From positions 7,680,001 to 7,712,000 of the forward strand of contig NC_010628.1 in NCBI RefSeq assembly GCF_000020025.1: 32,000 nucleotides of DNA. The letters are read 5' to 3'. Below are positions 1 to 7,193 of the stretch, piece after piece (position 1 is the stretch's first letter; the number at the start of each line of letters is the position of its first letter). The DNA is from Nostoc punctiforme PCC 73102. GTDB taxonomy: Bacteria; Cyanobacteriota; Cyanobacteriia; Cyanobacteriales; Nostocaceae. Under the pieces are notes generated by a model. That model was given only the letters and a program-made list of their open reading frames with translations, searched no databases and was not told the origin of the DNA. The position numbers were made by a program, and so were the translations under genes.

Positions 1-1550
1 ACTAGTTTGTATTTTCTCTCGAGTTGATATCTAAATTCCTTAGAAGGATTATACAGAAATACCTCACTGAAACTATTAGGGATATTTGGCAGACTTGGTT
101 CAATTACCAATTGCATCTGCACTTTCTGATCTAGCAGATGAACGAGAGACATTAAATCGCCAATATTTAGAGAATAATTACTACTAATTAATAGTGGGTT
201 ATTAGCTTTATTGATGATGCGAGCTATTTGAGGATTAGCATGGCTGCTTTTATTCCACCACGTCTCAGCTTGAGAACTGACGGCACAAGATAGAACTCCA
301 CTGGAAATTACTACTACCATTACTACTTGCCAAAATTTGCGGGTTATTAACTTAGAAGTAATAATTTGAGATGCCAGCAAGTAAGGAACAGCTAGCTGAA
401 TGCCTACATAGCACGGGATGACATATCTAGCTCGCAGACTGACCTTACCTCCAATAATCAAATCAGGCAATATGAAAGCTAAAGCAGGTACTCCACTTAA
501 GATAAAAACAAATAACCAAACTCGCTTTCCTACCTGACCATAAAGAAATAAGAATGAATATATTACCAAGATTAGTAGCAAGGGAATTAAAAATCGACCC
601 CAGCGCAAAACTGGCAAATTCAAATCTCTAAAAAATGGTTCGTAGCGCCAGAAATCAGCAAATAAATAGCTAATATTGCTAATCCAACCAGAAACCAAAA
701 CTGACACAGATTGCCTGGTTTGAGTGCTGGTTGTTGTGCGTTGAATTTCAGATAAGCCGTTAATAATAGTTAAAATCCAAGGAACGAAAGCTAAAAACCC
801 GACACTAGTTGCTATTAGATAAGCTTTAATGGTTTTGGTGAATCGAAAGCGCTCGATAGCAAATACATAAATACCGTAGGCGATCGCTAGCAACCCAGAA
901 AACAAAAAGGTGTACAGTCCTAGTGCCACTGTTACTGCATAAATCCCCCAAAGCTTCTTGCTACCCAGTCTTATTGCTCGCAGCAGTACAGCACTCTCTA
1001 GCAAAGTAGTCACCATCCACAAACCGAACTCCCTTGCCTCTTGGGCGTACAGCACATGGAAGGGCGAGACTGTTAGAAGGGCTACGCCGATCCATGCTGT
1101 TATAGGTGACTGAAATAATTCTAAGCACAGCCAATAAATGCAAGGAAAAGCTATTAAGCTAATTATGGCTGACAAGCTTCTCGTAATCGCTACTGAATTG
1201 CCAAAAAACTGCATCCATAATCTAAGCATCACGTAATAGAGTGGAGGATGCTGGGCATCCTCCACCGCCAAAGAGTTGATTGTATTTATTAAACCTTTTT
1301 CAGAATTAGGCTGTTGATATTTTTGTATATCTCCAACAGCAAACACACGCCCATTAAACACTTTTTGAACAAATTCTGTCTTAGTGTAACCAGAAATTCT
1401 TAATGAGGTATAAGCTTCATCATGCCAGTAGACTTTTCGATCCAGATAGGCAAAGCGAAAAAATATCCCTAATATTAACAAAATAATAATTAAAAATCGT
1501 AGCCAAATCGGAGGAGAATATTTTGCAATTATTGATTGTCTGTTTATCAT
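1..1550 (-). CDS. GT-C fold membrane glycosyltransferase (ArnT/PMT_2, GT39-like); N-terminal ~516 codons, continues past the left edge
   Basis: Absent from the ORF track because it has no stop inside the window. My reverse-complement translation from the ATG (rc of 1548-1550) reads MINRQSIIAKYSPPIWLRFLIIILLILGIFFRFAYLDRKVYWHDEAYTSLRISGY...SPFHVLYAQEAREFGLWMVTTLLE... and stays open to position 1. It has many hydrophobic helices and the first-loop DE motif (WHDEAY) typical of ArnT/PMT-type enzymes. Confidence 0.6.
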   Translation of the reverse strand, partial: MINRQSIIAKYSPPIWLRFLIIILLILGIFFRFAYLDRKVYWHDEAYTSLRISGYTKTEFVQKVFNGRVFAVGDIQKYQQPNSEKGLINTINSLAVEDAQHPPLYYVMLRLWMQFFGNSVAITRSLSAIISLIAFPCIYWLCLELFQSPITAWIGVALLTVSPFHVLYAQEAREFGLWMVTTLLESAVLLRAIRLGSKKLWGIYAVTVALGLYTFLFSGLLAIAYGIYVFAIERFRFTKTIKAYLIATSVGFLAFVPWILTIINGLSEIQRTTTSTQTRQSVSVLVSGWISNISYLFADFWRYEPFFRDLNLPVLRWGRFLIPLLLILVIYSFLFLYGQVGKRVWLFVFILSGVPALAFILPDLIIGGKVSLRARYVIPCYVGIQLAVPYLLASQIITSKLITRKFWQVVMVVVISSGVLSCAVSSQAETWWNKSSHANPQIARIINKANNPLLISSNYSLNIGDLMSLVHLLDQKVQMQLVIEPSLPNIPNSFSEVFLYNPSKEFRYQLERKYKL

Positions 1551-1847
1551 AAATATCGGACTATAGCGCGGATTAAAAGTTCATAAAGTCCAGTATTCGT
1601 AGTTTTTAAAGCACTTTTTTAGATGTTAATAATTAATAAATTAAAAGCCATTGCAATCATATAGATCGTAGACGAACTTTGTAATTAATTAACAATAAAA
1701 TAGGCAATTAAGGTAATTTATAGTAAGGGCAGGAGCCGCTTACTATAAGCAAATTTAATTAATTTGAAATTGCGTAATTTAGTTTACTTACTTAATCCCC
1801 ATTGTTATATTGATTAGCTGGAATTCTCACTAAAACATTGGATTTTA

Positions 1848-3017
1848 CTAATTTCCCCTTGCTTGTGGTGTTCGCCGGTGCTGTATTAGTAACCCGATCG
1901 CCATACCAATGCCGACAAAGGCTGTAAAGTAGAATAAACCAATCAATCGGATATAAATTGGTGGTGCGATCGCTTTAACTTCCACTTCTTGCGCTACTTT
2001 CACTGGTGCAAATTGACGGTTAGATCCTGGTAGAGGAGTTGCTTCCACCTCGATTTTGTGGGGTGAACCATCAAAAAACTGTTCTTGCCATGTTAACTTA
2101 CCTTGCTCGTCGGGAATACCTTTGTAGTCAAAGATTGTTAAATTATGTTCTGTGGCGATCGCTTTTACTTCCAACGCTACATCTGCGATCGGTTGTCCAC
2201 TTGCTGTATCTTTCAGTTGTAGTGCTAAATTCGCAAGTTTTCCGACAGTTGCATTTTTATCTCCGTTAAGGCTAATTTCCAATCCCTGAGATTTCTGAGA
2301 TGATGGTGCAATTACTTCGGTACTACTTGGGTGGTGTTCGCTGCCATGAGCTTCTGCAACTTCTGCACTAATATTGATAACTAATAGGGTTACTATAGCC
2401 ACCACTGTTAATGCACTTAATAAAAGGCGTACTGACTGTGGCGCAATTTCTCCTTGTTGTAGTTCTTCTTGTCCGCCAATCACCCAACCACCTAACAATC
2501 CAAGTGATAGTAAAATAGCTGCAATAACCACAAAATATTTATATTTAATTGGATTTTCGTGGACATTTAGATTTAAGGTTTGCTGATATGGAGCAAAAGT
2601 ATTTGTTACTAAAGGTGACACATTTACCATTAGTTGGTAGTTACCACGAATGGGTAACATCTGTTGAATTTCTAGCTTACCATCAGGTGCATTAGCATTC
2701 ATTTGCAGCAATTTTGTTCCCTCAACAATAGGGAAATCTGTTGTTAGCCAAGGATTACGCGGTGGTGTTAGAATTTGTAAGCTAATTTTGGTATTTTCTA
2801 AATGTTTACCCGCAGCATCAACAGCTTGTAACGTCAGGGTAACAGGAGATTGTGGTTTTTCTGCCTCTGCTTCAAAGGGAAGAATACGTTCTAAAGGTGG
2901 GTTGGTAAAGAGTAGCACTCTGGATGTAGGAGTTTGGGAATTACCTACAAAGGAATAAAGAATTGACAATGTAATGCAAACAGCACTGATAACCCCAAAA
3001 AGTCGATATTTTTTCAT
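1848..3017 (-). CDS. Membrane protein of unknown function: N-terminal signal/anchor, two related beta-rich extracytoplasmic domains, ~4 TM segments and a His-rich linker (AEAHGSEHHPSS). Possible metal-handling partner of the upstream cbtB-like gene.
   Basis: 389-aa ORF. Hydrophobic segments lie at about aa 5-25, 160-182, 197-218 and 355-380. There is an internal duplication (VTLTLQAVDAAGKHL...DGKLEIQQ...YQLMVNVSPL...FAPYQQTLNLNV versus ANLALQLKDTASGQPI...EQGKLTWQ...HKIEVEATPL...FAPVKVAQEVEV). It lies on the same strand, 283 nt downstream of the cbtB-like gene. Confidence 0.75.
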   Translation of the reverse strand: MKKYRLFGVISAVCITLSILYSFVGNSQTPTSRVLLFTNPPLERILPFEAEAEKPQSPVTLTLQAVDAAGKHLENTKISLQILTPPRNPWLTTDFPIVEGTKLLQMNANAPDGKLEIQQMLPIRGNYQLMVNVSPLVTNTFAPYQQTLNLNVHENPIKYKYFVVIAAILLSLGLLGGWVIGGQEELQQGEIAPQSVRLLLSALTVVAIVTLLVINISAEVAEAHGSEHHPSSTEVIAPSSQKSQGLEISLNGDKNATVGKLANLALQLKDTASGQPIADVALEVKAIATEHNLTIFDYKGIPDEQGKLTWQEQFFDGSPHKIEVEATPLPGSNRQFAPVKVAQEVEVKAIAPPIYIRLIGLFYFTAFVGIGMAIGLLIQHRRTPQARGN

Positions 3018-3143
3018 AAAAACTGACGGTAAATGTGAAAATTCTGTACTTTTTACAACTTAAAGTTTAATAGCAGTAGATGAAGCTTACTCCAGATTCT
3101 TTTTATTAAGTAAAAATTCAGACACCATCAAAAATACAGTTAA

Positions 3144-3181
3144 GGTAATGTAGAGATGGAAAAAAGCATCTCTACATTACC
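3144..3181 (-). other. Perfect 15-bp-stem hairpin (ggtaatgtagagatg / catctctacattacc, 8-nt loop) between the cbtB-like gene and the 389-aa gene
   Basis: Inverted repeat read directly from the sequence at 3144-3158 and 3167-3181. It is intercistronic on the minus strand and could be an attenuator, a processing site or a terminator. Confidence 0.5.
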
Positions 3182-3300
3182 TAAAAGTTATTCCAAGCAA
3201 AAACACTCGTGCGAAACCTGCGATATTTTAGCGTTGTAACTTTGTTATGTTAACTAGCAAAGTTTTTCATTCACCTAAAAAATCTTGGGATTATGATAAT

Positions 3301-3492
3301 TTAGTGACATGCAACGCCTAATGTATGGTGACGCGCTGAGTGTGCTGTGTTATGAACCGCAGGATACGTGGAGAACAAAACAGTCCAGATAACTAAAGAA
3401 GATAGCAGCATATAAAGTGTTACCTGCACAGGCTTGGATAAGGTAATACCTGCGGTCTTGTGCAATACTGACATTTGAGAAAAAGTAGTCAT
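3301..3492 (-). CDS. cbtB: CbtB-like small membrane protein (proposed cobalt transporter subunit family)
   Basis: 63 aa with a single TM (VQVTLYMLLSSLVIWTVLF) and a C-terminus YPAVHNTAHSARHHTLGVACH. This matches the CbtB signature as I recall it (VHNxAHDxRHxxxxPCH). A strong AGGAGG lies 8 nt upstream of the ATG. Confidence 0.75.
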   Translation of the reverse strand: MTTFSQMSVLHKTAGITLSKPVQVTLYMLLSSLVIWTVLFSTYPAVHNTAHSARHHTLGVACH

Positions 3493-3526
3493 TTTTGACC
3501 TCCTATAATTAATTTGGGTAATTTAT

Positions 3527-3555
3527 CAATCAAAAGGCATGATGCCACTTGATTG
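3527..3555. promoter_or_regulatory. 29-bp imperfect palindrome (caatcaaaaggcat g atgccacttgattg) just upstream of the cbtB-like RBS; candidate operator
   Basis: The arms CAATCAA..GGCAT and ATGCC..TTGATTG are complementary at 12 of 14 positions around a single central base. That geometry is unsuited to an RNA hairpin and typical of a dimeric DNA-binding site. It lies about 35-60 nt upstream of the start codon at 3492. Confidence 0.35.
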
Positions 3556-4110
3556 GAAAAAGATATACGATCAACTTTGGATTTGACAAGTGTGTATCAA
3601 ATGTATTGTGTAATTCGACTTTAGTGAATACTATACTATCCTTTGAACATCGGCTCATCAGGATGTAGAAATCTCCACATAAAATCCATACAAATAACAA
3701 AAGAATGACACATGGATTTGAATGACGGCATTTTCAAAGCTGATAACACGAAGGTAACAGATTAAAATTAAAAATCAAAAATGCTCATGTTACCAATCAT
3801 CCAAAATTCCTTGAAATGTAATTTATGTTATCTCTAAGCCAATTAAATACACTACTGATCATTGATATTTGCTTGCTTGTCTCTATATCCAAGATGCTAT
3901 TATACTCATTGTTTGTACTATAGGTATTGCTGAAGCAATAAGCATATCAGGAATAGGCATAAAACAGTTAGTTTTTGCTAAACATAATTTATACATAATT
4001 CAAACGTAATAATACCGTTGAAATAAAACAAGGTTGGCTAGAATTTTCAAAGACTGATTCTAGCTCGATCTAGATTTAGCAACCTAAATAACAGTTTTTA
4101 AGCACTATCA

Positions 4111-4144
4111 AATTATTGACAATAATTATTAATTCCTCTAAGCT
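4111..4144 (+). promoter_or_regulatory. Candidate sigma70-type promoter (TTGACA 4116-4121, 17-nt spacer, TAAGCT 4139-4144) overlapped by a perfect 8-1-8 AT-rich palindrome AATTATTGaCAATAATT (4111-4127); Fur-box-like
   Basis: Read directly from the sequence. It lies about 60-90 nt upstream of the multicopper-oxidase start (4204). The palindrome resembles the AT-rich inverted ATAAT/ATTAT repeats of Fur boxes. Confidence 0.4.
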
Positions 4145-4203
4145 TTAAAAGCAATTGCAAATCTTTTGCAATTCTTTTTTGGTGCTAACCGTAACTAAAT
4201 GTC

Positions 4204-5228
4204 ATGCCCAACAACTTCGCTCTAGGTAACGGAAAGCCTTGGAGCCGCCGTCAATTATTGAAGCTGGGCCTAGCAGGTGCTGGAGTGACTGGTACAGCTG
4301 GACTTTGGCAGATGCTAAATCTACAAAGTAAGTCAATCGTTAAAGTGCCACCATTCAATAGGTCAGCACCAGACGATGTTACTAACCCGATGAAGATGTT
4401 AAGGGATTTTGATTATGGGACGGTAAAGCAAGAAAATGGACGGACTATCCGGGAATTTCAGCTAACTGCGGGTACTTCCATCATAAAGCTCAATAGTGCT
4501 GTCTCTTACAACATCTGGGACTTAAATGGTCGCATACCAGGCCCAACGTTACGGGCGAAACAGGGCGATCGCATTAGGATACTATTTCTCAATAATGCGG
4601 CACATTCTCACTCTTTGCATTTTCATGGGGTTCATCCGGCGGAAATGGATGGTGTTCGCCCAATCAGCAATGGTAGCGCCACAATTTATGAATTTGATGC
4701 TGAACCTTATGGTGTACACCTGTACCACTGCCATATTGAACCAGTCACCCGTCACATAGCCAAGGGATTGTACGGGATGTTTATCATCGATCCACCTACT
4801 CCCCGTCCCCCGGCTGATGAGATTGTACTAGTGATGGGTGGGTATGACGTAAATGATGACAGCCATAACGATTATTATGCTTTCAATGGTCTGCCCCACT
4901 ATTACATGCATAATCCCATTCGTATTTACAAAGATCAGTTGATTAGGCTGTATGTCCTCAACATCATTGAATACGATCCAGCAGTGACTTTTCATCTCCA
5001 TGCCAACTTCTTTGATGTCTATCGCTATGGCATGAGTATGACTCCTAGCGAGAAAACTGATGTGACTCTATGGGTGTAGCGGAAAGGCACATCTTGGAAT
5101 TTGCTTTTCGCTACCCAGGTAAGTATATGTTTCATCCCCATCAGGATGCGATCGCAGAAAACGGTTGCATGGGTCAATTTGAAGTACTTACTGAGAGCAA
5201 CTCTCAAAATACTGTTAAAAAGTCTTAA
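4204..5228 (+). pseudogene. Tat-exported two-domain multicopper oxidase (NirK-like cupredoxin fold), reading frame broken by an apparent 1-nt deletion near 5069/5070
   Basis: The 4204-5079 ORF carries a twin-arginine signal (SRRQLLKLGLAGAG) and the copper motifs HSLHFHG, YHCHIEPVTRHIAKGLYGM and HLHANFF. It stops at TAG 5077-5079. The frame starting at 5061 continues ..MGVAERHILEFAFRYPGKYMFHPHQDAIAENGCMGQFEVL..* to TAA 5226-5228, which is the expected C-terminal copper-site segment. Confidence 0.7.
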
Positions 5229-5393
5229 ATAAATAATTTGTCATTAATTTATTAAAATTTTAGTTCAACTAGTTGATAAAAACTGTCATTATATGTCAAA
5301 GTAAAGTCTACTACAACGTGTCAAACAAACTAGCTTCTACTAATAGTTTGAAATGTTTCAATTAATACTTTTTTAGTTTTGTGAGGAGCAAAA

Positions 5394-6431
5394 ATGATAA
5401 AACTTCGTTATGTCTGTTTAACAGCAGCAGCAGCCTTAATAGTTAGCTTGAGTTCCTGTACCAGTAAACCAACCGCAGAAAATCCATCAGCACCAGTTGT
5501 TAGTACTCCAGCTACAGAGGCAGTAAGTAATAACAGTCATAGTGGTCACGGTAGCAAAGAAAAAATTAATATTAACACTGCTATTTTGTCAGAATTAGAT
5601 AAGTTTGAAGCCAAACTAGGTGTTCCAGCATTATCTAACAAAATCCAGGCAGGTCGTCCTTATGGCAGCCCTGAAGATTTAGTTACTAAAAAAATAATTA
5701 CTCAAGAACAGTTTGACCAAATTAAAGACCAGGTTGGTGTTCAAGAAGTGGCACTCACGGGTGAGGCAAAAGATGTTGACTACATGAGTAAGTTGGGTTT
5801 AATGAAAGGGCATCTTTTGGTAGCACGAGAACTGCTAGATCAGAATCAGCCAAAACAAGCAGAACCTCATATTGGGCATCCAGTTGAGGAGATTTACGTT
5901 GACGTAGAAGATCAACTTAATGAGCGCAAAGTCAAAGAATTTAAAACAACATTGGTAAGTTTGCAAGACTTAGTTAAATCTAGTCCAAAGGATAGCAAAG
6001 TTAAAACTAATTTTACTTCTTCAGTGCAAGCAGTTGACGGAGCGATCGCAGCTTTGCCAGAAGCTCAACGCTCAAAACCAGGATTTGTGTTACAGGTAAT
6101 TAACGAACTGCTAGATTCAGCTAACTCCGAATATGGCGCTGCGATCGCAAATGGTAAAATAACCGCGCCAATTGAGTATCAAGACTCCCGTGGTTTTGTC
6201 GTTTACGCCAATGATTTATACAAAGGAATTTCTAGTCAAGTAGCTCAAGCAGATCCCGAAGCGCACAAAGCGATCGATGCTAGTTTCGCTGAACTCATAA
6301 AAGTTTGGCCCAGCGCCATCCCACCAGCAAAAGCAGTCAAAACACCTAGTGATGTCACCAAACTGGTGAAAACCATTGAGGAAAACTCTCAAAAAGTAGT
6401 CGACAAATCCAATACCCAAGCACAGCGATAA
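5394..6431 (+). CDS. Lipoprotein with an N-terminal ComEA/PsbU-like helix-hairpin-helix domain and a helical C-terminal domain (possible imelysin/EfeM-like metal-binding domain; function unproven)
   Basis: 345 aa with a lipobox LSSC. The HhH-type stretch is NINTAILSELDKFEAKLGVPALSNKIQAGRPYGSPEDLV. The helical region contains an HxxE element (GHPVEE). GAGGAG lies 6 nt before the ATG. It sits between the MCO and the ferritin-like/FTR1 genes. Confidence 0.7.
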   Translation: MIKLRYVCLTAAAALIVSLSSCTSKPTAENPSAPVVSTPATEAVSNNSHSGHGSKEKININTAILSELDKFEAKLGVPALSNKIQAGRPYGSPEDLVTKKIITQEQFDQIKDQVGVQEVALTGEAKDVDYMSKLGLMKGHLLVARELLDQNQPKQAEPHIGHPVEEIYVDVEDQLNERKVKEFKTTLVSLQDLVKSSPKDSKVKTNFTSSVQAVDGAIAALPEAQRSKPGFVLQVINELLDSANSEYGAAIANGKITAPIEYQDSRGFVVYANDLYKGISSQVAQADPEAHKAIDASFAELIKVWPSAIPPAKAVKTPSDVTKLVKTIEENSQKVVDKSNTQAQR

Positions 6432-6483
6432 CACTTTGTTTTAATGGAAAGCTGATGCGAAGGAGTTTAAAATGATGAAATCG

Positions 6484-6574
6484 TTAAGAGTTAGGGGTTA
6501 TGAATTAAGAGTCCTGAGTTAAGAACCCCGATTTGCTAACTCTTGACTTCCAACTCCTAACTCCTAACTTCTAC
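6484..6574. repeat. 7-nt-periodic STRR-like array (13 units: ttaagag ttagggg ... ctcctaa ctcctaa cttctac) whose two halves are reverse complements, so it can form a long hairpin
   Basis: Units counted directly from the sequence. The left half (TTAnGAG type) is complementary to the right half (CTCnTAA type). It lies in the intergenic spacer after the lipoprotein gene. Confidence 0.8.
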
Positions 6575-6611
6575 CTAATTACACTCCATTCGTTACTTGA
6601 ACTAAGAACTG

Positions 6612-7046
6612 ATGCAAGAACTTGACTATAAAAAGACTATCGACTTGCTAAACGCCATCATGGAATTTGAACTAGCAGGAGTAGTGCGTTATACACATTA
6701 TTCTTTGATGGTGACTGGCCCTAACCGTATTCCAATTGTGGCTTTTTTCAAAGCACAGGCAAGCGAGTCTTTACTTCATGCTGAACAAGTAGGAGAAATT
6801 CTTACCGGTTTAGATGGGCATCCCTCCCTGAAAATTGCCCCAATGGAAGAAACTTACCAGCATAAAGTCAAGGATATCTTGGAAGAAAGCTTATCCCATG
6901 AAAAAAAGGCATTGGATCTGTATAAAAATCTGCTCGAAACTGTCACCAATGCTAGTATTTATCTTGAAGAATTCGCTCGCGGCATGATTGGGCAAGAAGA
7001 GATGCATAATCTCGAACTGAAAAAGATGCTACGCGATTTTAGCTAA
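6612..7046 (+). CDS. Ferritin-like superfamily protein (Dps/bacterioferritin-like four-helix bundle)
   Basis: 144 aa, helical, with no signal peptide. Carboxylate/His pairs typical of di-iron ferritin-like proteins are present (EFELAG, SESLLHAEQ, QEEMHNLE). Confidence 0.75.
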   Translation: MQELDYKKTIDLLNAIMEFELAGVVRYTHYSLMVTGPNRIPIVAFFKAQASESLLHAEQVGEILTGLDGHPSLKIAPMEETYQHKVKDILEESLSHEKKALDLYKNLLETVTNASIYLEEFARGMIGQEEMHNLELKKMLRDFS

Positions 7047-7092
7047 TAGTCATTAGTCATTGGTCATTAGTCATTGGTCATTGGTCATTAGT
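7047..7092. repeat. Tandem heptamers TAGTCAT/TGGTCAT, 6.5 copies (TTGGTCA-type STRR)
   Basis: Units at 7047, 7054, 7061, 7068, 7075 and 7082, plus a partial unit at 7089, counted directly. The array starts immediately after the stop codon of the ferritin-like gene. Confidence 0.9.
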
Positions 7093-7157
7093 TAAAAACA
7101 AATTCAAATGACATAGACGCGCCAGCGGCTTCCCGCAGGGTAGGCCAACTGACTAAT

Positions 7158-7185
7158 GACAAAAGACAAAAGACAAAAGACAAAG
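7158..7185. repeat. Tandem heptamers GACAAAA, 4 copies, ending 8 nt before the FTR1 start codon
   Basis: Units at 7158, 7165, 7172 and 7179 (the last is gacaaag), read directly from the sequence. Confidence 0.85.
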
Positions 7186-7193
7186 GAAAAAAG

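Noticed and set aside
961-1143. 60-aa minus-strand ORF from the track
   Set aside because: It lies in an alternative frame inside the much longer, membrane-protein-like open frame that runs from 1550 off the left edge. It has a TTG start and Arg/Cys-rich composition.
2039-2586. Plus-strand ORFs 2039-2269 and 2374-2586
   Set aside because: They are antisense shadows of the 389-aa gene. The sequences are low-complexity (Leu/Arg/Cys-rich) and have no RBS.
3493-3800. Cobalamin riboswitch upstream of the cbtB-like gene (and likewise at 10126-10573 upstream of the binding protein)
   Set aside because: I could not find a B12-box-like element (GCCACTG context) or the conserved GGGAA/GGTG core on the minus strand by eye. 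This needs cmsearch to be definitive.
5061-5079. Programmed ribosomal frameshifting in the multicopper oxidase
   Set aside because: There is no slippery heptamer or obvious downstream stimulatory structure at the shift site (gtgactctatgggtgtag). A mutation or a sequencing error is more parsimonious.
4526-5207. ORFs 4526-4759 (+) and 5025-5207 (-)
   Set aside because: They overlap the multicopper-oxidase reading frames. The MCO frames carry clear copper-site motifs and these ORFs carry none.
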